The notes: generated by a model from the letters alone, not told the origin. Shown: positions 52,410 through 62,388, counted from the first letter of the stretch. The stretch is 64,000 nt of DNA from Clostridium sp. 1001271st1 H5 (GCF_005845215.1 NZ_SPHO01000015.1:57908-121907); one strand, 5' to 3'. Translations and numbers: made by a program.

Positions 52410-53045
52410 TTAATCCTCATCGTCATCATCATCGTCCGCTGCATCCACTGCATACTGGCTTAAGAACCTCTTGGGAATCCTCTTTAACAATATGTAGGCA
52501 ATGGCAAACGCAATGGCGCGGTCCGCCAGGTTCTCAACCATGGATGAGGCAAACACGGATTTAACAATATCCTTTGTAGCGGCAATCAGGCCGGCTGTCA
52601 GTACGGAGGTTCCTGTTGCTCCCGTTGCCCCGCCGAATACAAAGATGGTTATGCAGGAAGAAATCACAACAGATGAAAAGGTAACAACCAGCCATGTGAC
52701 AACCACGCCCCAGGTCTTCTTAAACATGCCGCCCTTAATCATATAACCGGTAATCAGACCGGCCGCAATGCTTACAAGTGAGTATGGCACATAGATTGGA
52801 TTGGACACCAGGGCCAGGAAGATATTGGTGAGGAATCCGACCAGGGCAGCTACCCAGGGACCTGCCAGGGCAGCAGACAGAATGGTGCCTATCATATCCA
52901 GGAACAGGGGAAGCTTCAGCGTGGAAGCAAGCGTTCCTCCAATCAGGTTGATTCCCACCGCAATCGGTATGAGAACCAGGGACTTGGTTGAGAACTGCGC
53001 CTTCAAACCTTGTACAAATGTCAGTTTCTGTTTCTTGTTGTTCAT
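52410..53045 (-). CDS. ECF transporter substrate-specific S component (specificity unknown), with poly-Asp C-terminal tail
   Basis: A 211-aa protein with six hydrophobic segments. It is the first gene of the ECF operon, with RBS AGGAGGG. The C-terminus is DAADDDDDDED. Confidence 0.55.
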   Translation of the reverse strand: MNNKKQKLTFVQGLKAQFSTKSLVLIPIAVGINLIGGTLASTLKLPLFLDMIGTILSAALAGPWVAALVGFLTNIFLALVSNPIYVPYSLVSIAAGLITGYMIKGGMFKKTWGVVVTWLVVTFSSVVISSCITIFVFGGATGATGTSVLTAGLIAATKDIVKSVFASSMVENLADRAIAFAIAYILLKRIPKRFLSQYAVDAADDDDDDED

Positions 53046-53124
53046 GTTACACCCTCCTAAAATAGTATGATTTTCATGCAGTACATCCTGTATGCCACGA
53101 CCCCTTTTGCCTTAAAAAACATAT

Positions 53125-53151
53125 CTTGTAACATATAAGATGTAATACAAG
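53125..53151. promoter_or_regulatory. Candidate GntR-type operator (CTTGTA-N15-TACAAG) upstream of the ECF operon
   Basis: An inverted repeat sharing the CTTGTA/TACAAG arms with a second copy upstream of the GntR gene itself (53997-54019). Confidence 0.3.
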
Positions 53152-53217
53152 TTGATTATATAAAAAATACATTGGAAATAATTTTCCTAATGCATTTTTT
53201 ATGTTCCATATACCCTG

Positions 53218-53967
53218 TCAGGCTTCGTCATGTACCATGTTCTCCCTGACCTCCAGCTCAATCTGGTCAAAGAGTTCATTGTTCAGTTTTTTTAATTTGG
53301 GGACATCCCCTGTTTTGATATATTCCAGCATCTTTGAATGGAAATCAATGCCCTCTTCTGCTCCCCGTTCCGTCACCGCTTCCTTCATGGCTGCGCTGAG
53401 TATATCGTAAATCAGATTGCTGATTTTTATGATGAAGGGATTGCCTGTCATCTCATACAGCTTCATATGGAATTCCAAATCATATTTGGTATACTTTTTA
53501 AGATTGGTCCTGTAGTACTGTTTCATCTTATCCAGTGTCCTGGATAAGAAGACAATATCCCGCTCCGTGGTATTCCTGGTATACAGGTCAATGATTCCCA
53601 CTTCCAGAATTCTTCTGTATTCCACCACAAACAGTATATCCCCCGGGGTCATGAGAAGCATGGGCGTCAGGGACTTCAGATAATTATTGGTGGTAAACTC
53701 CTTGACAAATGTCCCTTTTCCCCTGTATGTCTCCACCAAATCCATGGCAGCTAACTTCTGTATAGCTTCCCGCACAGATATACGGCTGACGCCCATAATG
53801 CTAGTCAGCTCATTCTCTGAAGGTATCTTCTCTCCCGGTTTCCATTTGCCTGTGGTAATCTGTGAAAGAAGCTGGTCAAAAACCTGTTCCCTTATATCCT
53901 TTTTATCCAATGCATGCAAATCAAATTCTGCACTCATATCATCATCCATTCTCCGGGCCTTCTGCAT
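53218..53967 (-). CDS. GntR-family transcriptional regulator (FadR/FCD subfamily)
   Basis: N-terminal wHTH (LPSERELAxxxGVSRxxVREAL-like: IPSENELTSIMGVSRISVREAIQKL) and a C-terminal all-helical FCD domain. Confidence 0.85.
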   Translation of the reverse strand: MQKARRMDDDMSAEFDLHALDKKDIREQVFDQLLSQITTGKWKPGEKIPSENELTSIMGVSRISVREAIQKLAAMDLVETYRGKGTFVKEFTTNNYLKSLTPMLLMTPGDILFVVEYRRILEVGIIDLYTRNTTERDIVFLSRTLDKMKQYYRTNLKKYTKYDLEFHMKLYEMTGNPFIIKISNLIYDILSAAMKEAVTERGAEEGIDFHSKMLEYIKTGDVPKLKKLNNELFDQIELEVRENMVHDEA

Positions 53968-53996
53968 GTCAGGCCGTTTATTTTTCCTATCTCTGA

Positions 53997-54019
53997 TAAC
54001 TTGTATTATAACTTACAAG
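53997..54019. promoter_or_regulatory. Candidate autoregulatory GntR operator (AACTTGTA-N8-TACAAGT)
   Basis: A perfect 7-bp inverted repeat about 30 bp upstream of the GntR start. Confidence 0.3.
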
Positions 54020-54161
54020 TACTTTTCTGTCAAATACTTCTTATAATTACAGGTATTTTTCTCATATTTAATACATTTTTACTTGGGTTTTTCTTCCGCG
54101 GACGCACTTTTATTGTGTATATTGCACTAATACAATCCGATTTCCGGATTTCAGCGCGTCT

Positions 54162-55193
54162 TTATGACTCTCCCGACAGCTCCCCTTCATTGGCCTCTTC
54201 CCTGCATATCTCCTGCCCGGGCTGGTAATCCGTCACAGCCAGCTCCATCACGGCCTGGGGGTAATTCACGGACATCCTGACAAACCTTCCCTTTTCCCTG
54301 GCAGCCTCAGACGCAATTCCTGCAATCTGCTCCAGCACGTCCCTGGTCAGATACCCGCCCCGCCAATGGAATACATAATAGGGCTGTTTCTTCCTCAGCA
54401 CTGTCTTAAAACGCCCGGCCACATCCTCCAGCCTGGTCAGGGACAGCCGGTTCTCCCTGTAATAAAACCTGCCTCCGTCCGTACATTCAGGCACTTTATA
54501 CACCAAAGGCTGGTGGTCCCTGAATATCATCTTGTCATCCAGGTTAAAATAATCAAACCGCTTCTGTCCATACCGTCCCAGGGAATTGTCAAAGGTGGCA
54601 TCCAGGTGGTACCATGTGTTTTTTAGCTTTACCAGATTCCAAGCATGGCGGTATTTAATTCCCCTGTCAGGGGCTGATTCGCTTATGGCTATGATGCATT
54701 CCAGTCCCAGCCTGCCGCACAGTATTTTCACGGTCTTGGCAATGCCTTCACAGACCCCGATTCCCTGCTGGAGAGGGCCTATGATTTCATGGGAATACTG
54801 CTTTTTCAGCTTGTCATAGGTAACATTGGAGCAGATAAAGTCATGTACATACTTCTCCTTATCCTCCGGCGTCATAGCCTCTGCCTGACGCACCAGGCGG
54901 CTGATTCTGGACTCCAGAGCTGTCCGCATTTCCTTTATCTTCTTTTTCTCAAACATATATTCCGGTATCATCTGTACATACTCTGAATTCTGGGCAAACC
55001 GGTAATGAAAGCCCTCCACAAAAAATATAGACGGATGGTCCAGGCGCAGCCTGAAGAAAATATCCGACAGCTCCTTTCCATCCAGGCGCAGGACCGGAAA
55101 TTCCGGCGATAAGGCCTCAAATCCGTCCAGCATGGCCCTGTAGGCATTCTGCTGCGCTTTACTCATCTGCTGGTAATAAAATTCCTGTTTCAT
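54162..55193 (-). CDS. Transglutaminase-like (TGc) domain protein
   Basis: Cys-His-Asp core (GVCEGIAKTV...HAWNLVKL...WYHLDATFD). Start trimmed to the Met of MKQEFYYQQM. Confidence 0.75.
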   Translation of the reverse strand: MKQEFYYQQMSKAQQNAYRAMLDGFEALSPEFPVLRLDGKELSDIFFRLRLDHPSIFFVEGFHYRFAQNSEYVQMIPEYMFEKKKIKEMRTALESRISRLVRQAEAMTPEDKEKYVHDFICSNVTYDKLKKQYSHEIIGPLQQGIGVCEGIAKTVKILCGRLGLECIIAISESAPDRGIKYRHAWNLVKLKNTWYHLDATFDNSLGRYGQKRFDYFNLDDKMIFRDHQPLVYKVPECTDGGRFYYRENRLSLTRLEDVAGRFKTVLRKKQPYYVFHWRGGYLTRDVLEQIAGIASEAAREKGRFVRMSVNYPQAVMELAVTDYQPGQEICREEANEGELSGES

Positions 55194-55311
55194 ATTCGTT
55201 CCACATATCCTTCTTATGTCTGTTTGTCCGGGTTCTGTTCTGCCTCTGAAAGAAAAGGCAGGAACCATGCACCTTCCGGTACACCCTCCTGCCTTGTATT
55301 CTCTCCTGTTA

Positions 55312-56604
55312 TCAACCAACCCTCAGTTTAAACTTCTGTACTTCCCGGTCAGAATCTACTTTTTCAATCATGGCTCCCAGTCCCTGGAGCTTTTCTTCAA
55401 AACACTCATATCCGCGCTGGATATATCCGATTTCATCCACCACCGTATAGCCGTCAGCCGCCAGTCCTGCAATCACAAGGGCTGCTCCCGCCCTCAAATC
55501 CGGTGCATTGACCTGGGCTCCTGTCAGGCGTTTCACGCCGTCTATGACAGCCACATTGCCCTCTACCTTTATATTGCTGCCCATGCGGGCCAGCTCGTCC
55601 ACATATTTGAACCTGTTCTCAAAAATACTCTCCGTTACCATGCTGGTTCCATTGGCCAGGACCAGGGCAACCGACATCTGAGGCTGCATGTCCGTAGGAA
55701 AGCCGGGATAAGGAAGGGTCTTAATATCCGTATGTCTCTGGGAAGGTTTTCCCACCACCCGGACCGCATCGTCAAATTCAATAACCTCACAGCCAATCTC
55801 CGTCAGTTTGGCGGAAATGGCTTCCAGATGTTTGGGAATCACGTTTTTAATCATGATATCGCCTCTGGTAGCTGCAGCAGCGCACATAAACGTACCTGCC
55901 TCAATCTGGTCCGGAATAATGGAATACTCCGTGCCATGGAGCCGGTTCACGCCCCTGATACGGATGGTATCCGTACCCGCGCCCTTAATATTGGCGCCCA
56001 TACTGTTCAGGAAGTTGGCAACGTCAACTATGTGGGGTTCCTTTGCAGCGTTCTCCAAAATAGTCTGGCCCTCTGCCAGGGCCGCAGCCATCATGATATT
56101 GATGGTGGCTCCCACAGAAACCACATCCAGATAAATATGGCTTGCCACCAGGTCGATGGCATGGGCTATAACAGCCCCGCGCTCAATGGTAACCTCGGCT
56201 CCCAGAGCCCTGAATCCCTTGATATGCTGGTCAATGGGCCTGCTGCCGATATTGCATCCTCCCGGAAGAGGAACCTGGGCGCTCTTATACTTGCCCAAAA
56301 GAGCTCCTATGAAATAGTAAGAAGCACGTATCCTTCTGATATACTCATCATCAACAGATACCTCGCTTATATTGCTTCCATTTATCTTTACAGTGTGTCG
56401 GTCAATCCTGTCAACCCTTGCACCAATTTCCTGAATTGCCTCTAACAGTACATTGATATCCCTTACATCCGGCAGATTATCAATCACCACATCCTCGTCT
56501 GTCATGATAGAAGCAGCCAGTATTCCCAGTGCGGCATTCTTGGCTCCGCTTATGGTCACATCTCCCACCAGTGGATTCCCGCCTTTGATAATATATTGTT
56601 CCAT
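55312..56604 (-). CDS. murA: UDP-N-acetylglucosamine 1-carboxyvinyltransferase
   Basis: MEQYIIKGGNPLVGDVTISGAKNAALGILAA N-terminus and the active-site Cys region. Start at ATG 56604. Confidence 0.9.
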   Translation of the reverse strand: MEQYIIKGGNPLVGDVTISGAKNAALGILAASIMTDEDVVIDNLPDVRDINVLLEAIQEIGARVDRIDRHTVKINGSNISEVSVDDEYIRRIRASYYFIGALLGKYKSAQVPLPGGCNIGSRPIDQHIKGFRALGAEVTIERGAVIAHAIDLVASHIYLDVVSVGATINIMMAAALAEGQTILENAAKEPHIVDVANFLNSMGANIKGAGTDTIRIRGVNRLHGTEYSIIPDQIEAGTFMCAAAATRGDIMIKNVIPKHLEAISAKLTEIGCEVIEFDDAVRVVGKPSQRHTDIKTLPYPGFPTDMQPQMSVALVLANGTSMVTESIFENRFKYVDELARMGSNIKVEGNVAVIDGVKRLTGAQVNAPDLRAGAALVIAGLAADGYTVVDEIGYIQRGYECFEEKLQGLGAMIEKVDSDREVQKFKLRVG

Positions 56605-56767
56605 TCCACACCTCTGATTTTTATTTAAACAAACCCTATATATAAGGAAAATACTCCTAAAGAAATCTTTAAACATTTGTTCATAATTTATTTACATCTT
56701 CTTAGATTATACCATAAGAATCAGATTTGTAAAGTAAAACGAAAATGCACACCCTAAAGTACACTGT

Positions 56768-59248
56768 CTACTCCACTGCCAGAGCGCACAGGAAATCATT
56801 CTGCAGGTTCTTAAAATACTCTGTGGCATCATTGAGCCCCATCTTTTGTGTCTCCTGGGTCTGAGGGTCATAGAGTGTCACATTATACTGGTCATAGCCG
56901 GATAAAAGCACATACTGTCCTGATTCCACATAAGCTATCACAGGGATACCCTTGTCAATATAGTACAGAATCTGGTTCAGGCTGCATCCTCCTGCATCGA
57001 TTAGTATAAGTCCGTCCTCATAGACACGGCTGCCGTCAAATGCGTCCAGATACTTTGTAACCTTCCTTGCCTCATCCACCGGAGCTTTTATATTGCGTAT
57101 GGGCTGCCTGTTGATTCTGTCCCACACAATATGCTGGCTGCTGTCCGTCACATAGCCCATCTGTCCATAGGCCATCTCCACTGCCTGGCTGAAGGTTCTG
57201 GATGAGCCAATGTAATGCCCGCCTCCATATGCCCTGAATACCATGCCGTTCTCAGATGACGGGGATGCCGCCTTTCCTGTATCCAGAACGCTTGTATATT
57301 CATAGGAAAATGCCTTGGGCGCAGATGTACGGACCTTATCTCCGTTAATTTCCGAATCTGACTGGACAAAATAAACCTTTCCCTTATCCTGGGAGGCAAA
57401 CCAGCCGATTCCCTCTAAGGGGTCCTTCTCAACTCTCTGGTTACACACAATGGTATCCTCATTCTGATACAGATACTGGTTCTCTCCCAACGGCACCAGA
57501 CGCTTCAGATGAATTCTTCCGTCCTGGGCCACTACATCCGTTATATAAATGCCGTCCTTCCTGTATTCGCTCTCCACCTGCATCTGTGTATCCACAATGT
57601 ACATTGCATACATAGGCATACCCTTCAGGCGGCCGTTGACAATCCACTTATCCTTGGAGTTGCTCAGTCCGTAAATCAAATCATTTCCAACAAACCCCAG
57701 TACCCTGACATAATCATTTACCTCTCCCACGATTTCCTGTTTCTGGGAAGTATTGAAATCCATAACATGGACCTTCTGGGACTCATACAGGTTCTGGCCT
57801 TCCTGCCATGCAAACCGGCTGGCGTCCCCGCTGACAGCATAGCTTCCCTCCGTCAGCCCCTGGGCCACCACAAGGGATTCATTGCTCTTAAGGTCAATAC
57901 CGAATACAGTGCCCTGAAGCATAATGTACATCATATCATTTTCACTGAGATAGGACAATTTGTCCACATCTGCTTTCACCATCTCATAGGATTCGGATGC
58001 AGGCAGGAAAAACTTCTCCTGAACCGTATCCTGCTCCTTATCATAGCGGTAAAATACAACACCCATCCGGCCCTCATATTTGCCCCTGTTCATATATCCA
58101 TACACCAGGAAATCCATGGAACCATCGTCCTGCACGGACAATATCTTTATATCATGTCTGTCGTAACCGCTTCTTACCCTGTCGTCTGAATTGCTTCTGA
58201 AGGAGAATACGCATACGGCCTGTTTATCATCATAATCATAACACCACAGGTCACCGCCTGTTTTAAACGCCACATAATTGGACTTTGGACTCTTCATGGT
58301 CCTTACCTTGTGGTCATTGGTGATTCCAAGAAGAATCTTTTTGCCTGAAAAAGACCGGGGTCCTCCGTCAAACTCTTCATTGGCATTTCGCTCATAGTTC
58401 ATGAGGTAAATTCTCTGTTCATTCCACTTCATGGTGAAATTGTCCTCTGCATTCACCAGGGAACGTGTTCCGTCCTCCTCATTAATGGCAACCTGGTACC
58501 GAATCTGGATTTGTCCCATGATGCCGTCAAACTCCTGGAGAGTTACCAGGGGCTCACCCACCATCTCCACATCCAGGCCATCCCATGTCAGATGACTGAA
58601 GCTGGCCCTGATGGTAACATGGCCCAGGGAGCTGTTATCCTCTGTATCATTGGTTTCCAGATAGAATACCAGGTCCCTTGCCTGATTGTAATCCAGGCTT
58701 TTTCTGGTAAACTCCTCAGCCAGCCGGACCATATCTGATGCATAGGTGTTATCCGGCCACATGATTCTTGTGTAATAATGTATCTCCTTTTCCCCTGTGG
58801 TTACTGTAATTGACAGAAGATATGTTTCATTCCTGGCCAGCAGGTTTTGAATCGGCAGCACTGCGCTGACACTTCCGTCTCCGCTGTCCCACTCTTCCAC
58901 CACAGTCCGCTCCACCAGCCTGTCCAGAGTAAGATTCCTCACCTCGTAGCTGATGCCTGTAATGGTGCTTCCATACTCCTGTATCCGGATATGAAGCCCA
59001 CGGTCTTCAGGCAGCACAGAGATACTTTCCCTGGCTGCCTGATTCCCCATCTCCTGCATGTATCCATGCAGGCAATTGATTTCCTGACTGCCCAGTTGAG
59101 TATAAACCACTGGCAGCGACGGTTCTTCCATGGATGTATATACGGCTGATTCTTTTTCCATTGTGTTTCTGGCACTGATGAAATACACAACCAATGCCCC
59201 TATGAATATCAGGAACAAAATCCCTGCTTTTTGCAATATTTTCTTCAT
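56768..59248 (-). CDS. Large membrane-anchored hypothetical protein (single N-terminal TM helix, ~790-aa extracytoplasmic region)
   Basis: An 826-aa protein with N-terminal KKILQKAGILFLIFIGALVVYFI. No recognisable catalytic motifs. Confidence 0.5.
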   Translation of the reverse strand: MKKILQKAGILFLIFIGALVVYFISARNTMEKESAVYTSMEEPSLPVVYTQLGSQEINCLHGYMQEMGNQAARESISVLPEDRGLHIRIQEYGSTITGISYEVRNLTLDRLVERTVVEEWDSGDGSVSAVLPIQNLLARNETYLLSITVTTGEKEIHYYTRIMWPDNTYASDMVRLAEEFTRKSLDYNQARDLVFYLETNDTEDNSSLGHVTIRASFSHLTWDGLDVEMVGEPLVTLQEFDGIMGQIQIRYQVAINEEDGTRSLVNAEDNFTMKWNEQRIYLMNYERNANEEFDGGPRSFSGKKILLGITNDHKVRTMKSPKSNYVAFKTGGDLWCYDYDDKQAVCVFSFRSNSDDRVRSGYDRHDIKILSVQDDGSMDFLVYGYMNRGKYEGRMGVVFYRYDKEQDTVQEKFFLPASESYEMVKADVDKLSYLSENDMMYIMLQGTVFGIDLKSNESLVVAQGLTEGSYAVSGDASRFAWQEGQNLYESQKVHVMDFNTSQKQEIVGEVNDYVRVLGFVGNDLIYGLSNSKDKWIVNGRLKGMPMYAMYIVDTQMQVESEYRKDGIYITDVVAQDGRIHLKRLVPLGENQYLYQNEDTIVCNQRVEKDPLEGIGWFASQDKGKVYFVQSDSEINGDKVRTSAPKAFSYEYTSVLDTGKAASPSSENGMVFRAYGGGHYIGSSRTFSQAVEMAYGQMGYVTDSSQHIVWDRINRQPIRNIKAPVDEARKVTKYLDAFDGSRVYEDGLILIDAGGCSLNQILYYIDKGIPVIAYVESGQYVLLSGYDQYNVTLYDPQTQETQKMGLNDATEYFKNLQNDFLCALAVE

Positions 59249-59372
59249 ATGTGATTTTATCCTTTAAACTGGTTGCTCTGTATCATATCTATTTTATATA
59301 ATATCCAGTAAAACTACAACTTAATCTTTTCGGAATTTTATTAATAATATATTTGTCATATCCTTACTGCTC

Positions 59373-60797
59373 CTATAAGGCGCACATGCCTCTGGCGCAT
59401 CTCCTGTGGAACATTTCGTTGAGCAGAAGCACCTTAATCATGTCTCTTAACCAGGATGGTTTGTTTCCGTGATTGGGAGGCGGAGGAACCGGCCTGGGAG
59501 GTCTGGGCGGCCTGGGCATGGGCCTCGGAGGAGGTGTAGGCCTGGGCGGCTGCGGCGGCGTGGGCCTGGGCGGCTGCGGCGGCCTCGGTGGCTGTGGCGG
59601 TCTCGGCGGCGGCGTGGGCCTCGGTGGCTGCGGCCTTGGTGGTGGTGGCGTGGGCCTCGGTGGCTGCGGCGGCCTCACCGGACCAGGTCCCATGGGTGGT
59701 CTGCCTTGACCAGGTCCCATAGGCGGTCTTTCCGGGCCAGGGCCCATAGGCGGTCTTTCCGGGCCAGGTCCCATAGGCGGTCTTTCCGGGCCAGGTCCCA
59801 TAGGCGGTCTTTCCGGGCCAGGTCCCATAGGTGGTCTGCTCTGGCCGGGTCCCATAGGTGGTCTGCTCTGGCCGGGGCCCATAGGCGGTCTTTCCGGGCC
59901 AGGTCCCATAGGCGGTCTTTCCGGGCCGGGGCCCATAGGCGGTCTGCTCTGGCCAGGTCCCATAGGCGGTCTTTCCGGGCCAGGGCCCATAGGCGGTCTT
60001 TCCGGGCCAGGTCCCATAGGTGGTCTGCTCTGGCCGGGGCCCATAGGCGGTCTTTCCGGGCCGGGGCCCATAGGTGGTCTGCCCGGACCAGGTCCCATGG
60101 GTGGTCTTCCTTGGCCGGAGCCCATAGGCGGTCTTTCCGGGCCGGGGCCCATAGACTGTCTTTCCGGGCCGGGGCCCATAGACTGTCTGCCTGATTTATT
60201 TCCCATGGGCAGCCTGCCTGAACCCTGCCCCATATTAGGTCGTCCACCCATTCTTTCATTTCCCGGAAAACCAGGTTCCATAGCTCTTATTTCCTGAGTC
60301 TCCATTATGATTCCGGATGGATTTACCACTGATTCCCTGTATCCCTGGAAATCATATTGGGTATTGGAAATGGCCTGCTCTTCCTGTAATTCCTCAGTGA
60401 TTTCTACGTCCTCATTCTCACCAATGTCTTCCGCCTCACTTATGTCATCTGCCGGAACATTCACTAATTCCTGTTCCTGCTCTACTTCCAACTCATTATC
60501 CTCTGTAAACAAATCCTCATCCAGCCGGCTCATATCTTTTTTGAGTTCTGCCATTTCCATGACGGCTTTGTCATTCTCTGATATGTTCCACATGCTTTTG
60601 ACTTTTTCCGCACCTTCAGATGCAATCACAGTATCACAGATTGTATTGCAAATCCGGTTAATCATCATATGGTCAGGATACTCATCATACATAGGGCTGT
60701 TTTTATAATCCAATCTGTCGCAAGCTTCTGCCACATACCCCTGCAAGATTCTTATTCCTGATGGATACATACTTTTCAGGTATTCAATGTCCTGCAT
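59373..60797 (-). CDS. Pro/Gly-rich tandem-repeat protein (acidic N-domain + ~20x PGPERPPMG nonapeptide repeats + PPRP repeats)
   Basis: A continuous 474-aa ORF with no signal peptide. The central 27-bp DNA repeats translate in frame, and the antisense frames are also open as a repeat artefact. Confidence 0.55.
   Translation of the reverse strand: MQDIEYLKSMYPSGIRILQGYVAEACDRLDYKNSPMYDEYPDHMMINRICNTICDTVIASEGAEKVKSMWNISENDKAVMEMAELKKDMSRLDEDLFTEDNELEVEQEQELVNVPADDISEAEDIGENEDVEITEELQEEQAISNTQYDFQGYRESVVNPSGIIMETQEIRAMEPGFPGNERMGGRPNMGQGSGRLPMGNKSGRQSMGPGPERQSMGPGPERPPMGSGQGRPPMGPGPGRPPMGPGPERPPMGPGQSRPPMGPGPERPPMGPGPERPPMGPGQSRPPMGPGPERPPMGPGPERPPMGPGQSRPPMGPGQSRPPMGPGPERPPMGPGPERPPMGPGPERPPMGPGPERPPMGPGQGRPPMGPGPVRPPQPPRPTPPPPRPQPPRPTPPPRPPQPPRPPQPPRPTPPQPPRPTPPPRPMPRPPRPPRPVPPPPNHGNKPSWLRDMIKVLLLNEMFHRRCARGMCAL
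59470..60195. repeat. Tandem repeat array: ~18 copies of a 27-bp unit (GGTCCCATAGGCGGTCTTTCCGGGCCA and variants) preceded by a GC-rich PPRP-coding minirepeat
   Basis: Directly visible periodicity in the sequence from about 59680 to 60195, with degenerate GGC/GGT-rich repeats from 59470 to 59680. Confidence 0.8.
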
Positions 60798-60930
60798 CTA
60801 CTCTCCCTTTTCCAATTTTCTCTTACCAATATCATATGCAGGCCAAATCCATTATGCGCCAACTTTCCAACCATTTCTCTAAAAAAATAAAAGACCGGAT
60901 ATTTTCCAGTCTTTTACAATTATTATGTGG

Positions 60931-61443
60931 TTAACTTTTTTTAATATAACCAAGAGCCTGTTCCAACGCCTCTTGTTCCTCATTGCCCAGAACAATATCG
61001 GTCTGTCCCATATCCACCACTTTAATATACAGATAACAACCTTCTCTGCTGTGAACGCAGTTTAATACAAATCCGCTGTTTGTGTAATCCAACATGGCAA
61101 ATGCAAAACTGAGGTTCCCTCCCATTCCTTTAAAGGCATTATATTTGACAAGCCCATACTTTTGAAATGAGGCTCTCTGATTCCGGTTTAATGTTCGGAT
61201 GGAATCCTTATTTGACCTGTCTTCGGCCCTTAAATCCCTGATTTCTTCAATCTGGTCCAGAATGACATCTTCCAGAGTCTCTGCATCTTTTCCTCTCATA
61301 AAATAGTCATATTGGCGATTTAGCCTTCTTACATTTGTCATTGTTGTAATCGTCAATATCAGCAGCAGAACCACTAATATCAATAACCCTGCTATGATAT
61401 ATGCAGGGTCAAAGGGAATTTGATTTAAGATGCTGTTCTCCAT
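60931..61443 (-). CDS. DUF4446-family membrane protein (conserved downstream of spo0J in Clostridia)
   Basis: A 170-aa protein with an N-terminal TM helix. Its position and size are typical of DUF4446. Confidence 0.65.
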   Translation of the reverse strand: MENSILNQIPFDPAYIIAGLLILVVLLLILTITTMTNVRRLNRQYDYFMRGKDAETLEDVILDQIEEIRDLRAEDRSNKDSIRTLNRNQRASFQKYGLVKYNAFKGMGGNLSFAFAMLDYTNSGFVLNCVHSREGCYLYIKVVDMGQTDIVLGNEEQEALEQALGYIKKS

Positions 61444-61467
61444 ATAATATCCATCTCTCCTTTGTAC

Positions 61468-62388
61468 CTAGCGAATTGATTCAATCATTTCCACAATCCG
61501 CTCTAATTCTGCTTCAGAATAATATTCAATTTCAATGCGTCCTTTATTTTTATCCTTGTTGTGGATGCTGACCTTTGTACCCATGACGCTCTTCATACGC
61601 TCTTCCAGGCTCTGATATATCAAGGCTAATGCCTCGTCCTTAGATTTGTCCTTCTTTTCTTCTCCTGTCTCTGCTTCCTTTGCCAGCCGTTTTACAAGAC
61701 GCTCTGTTTCTCTGACGCTGAGTGATTCATCCAATATCATCTTTGCAGCCTTCAGCTGAAGTCCTTTATCTTCCAATGACAATAGCGCTCTGGCGTGACC
61801 GCTGGAAATAAGATTCTGAATCAGCATCTCCTGTATTTGGCCATCCAGTTTTAAAAGACGCATGGAATTGGTGATGGTGGCTCTGTTTTTCGATACCCTG
61901 GCCGCTATTTCCTCCTGGGTCAGCTTAAATTCAGATACAAGACGCTGATATGCCAAGGCCTCCTCAATAGGATTCAGGTCAGCTCTCTGCACATTCTCAA
62001 TCAGTGCTATTTCCATGCTTTCCTGCTTGTTGTACTCCCGCAGAACAACCGGTATTTCCTTTAATCCAGCTATCTTGGCAGCACGCCATCTGCGTTCTCC
62101 GGCAATAATTTCATAAAATGTCCCCTTTTTCTGAACCAAAAGGGGCTGCAAAATACCATATCGTTTAATGGAATCAGCCAGCTCTGCCAGCTGTTCTTCG
62201 TTAAAATCCTTTCTGGGCTGTTCCCTATTGGGTTCAATCAAGGCCATTTTCACCAATAATTCCCCGCTGTTGCCATCTCCTTTATCAGTGGTAGCTGCCT
62301 TTGCCTTTGCAATCTCCTCTTCGCTTTCCTTTATGACATCTTCTCCAAAGATGGCTCCCAATCCTTTACCCAATCCTTTTTTAGCCAT
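61468..62388 (-). CDS. spo0J: Chromosome partitioning protein ParB/Spo0J
   Basis: ParB box (YEIIAGERRWRAAKIAGLKEIPVVLRE), an HTH region, and a C-terminal dimerisation domain. It abuts soj. Confidence 0.9.
   Translation of the reverse strand: MAKKGLGKGLGAIFGEDVIKESEEEIAKAKAATTDKGDGNSGELLVKMALIEPNREQPRKDFNEEQLAELADSIKRYGILQPLLVQKKGTFYEIIAGERRWRAAKIAGLKEIPVVLREYNKQESMEIALIENVQRADLNPIEEALAYQRLVSEFKLTQEEIAARVSKNRATITNSMRLLKLDGQIQEMLIQNLISSGHARALLSLEDKGLQLKAAKMILDESLSVRETERLVKRLAKEAETGEEKKDKSKDEALALIYQSLEERMKSVMGTKVSIHNKDKNKGRIEIEYYSEAELERIVEMIESIR

Noticed and set aside
55216-56445. 409-aa plus-strand ORF overlapping murA
   Set aside because: Antisense to the well-supported murA gene. No motifs, and no RBS.
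59469-60194. 241-aa Arg/Ser-rich ORF and other open frames over the tandem repeats, and the possibility that the array is a CRISPR
   Set aside because: The open antisense frames are a by-product of the 27-bp periodic repeats (a multiple of 3). There are no unique spacers between the repeats, which are contiguous, so it is not a CRISPR array. The sense-frame protein has proper flanking non-repetitive domains.
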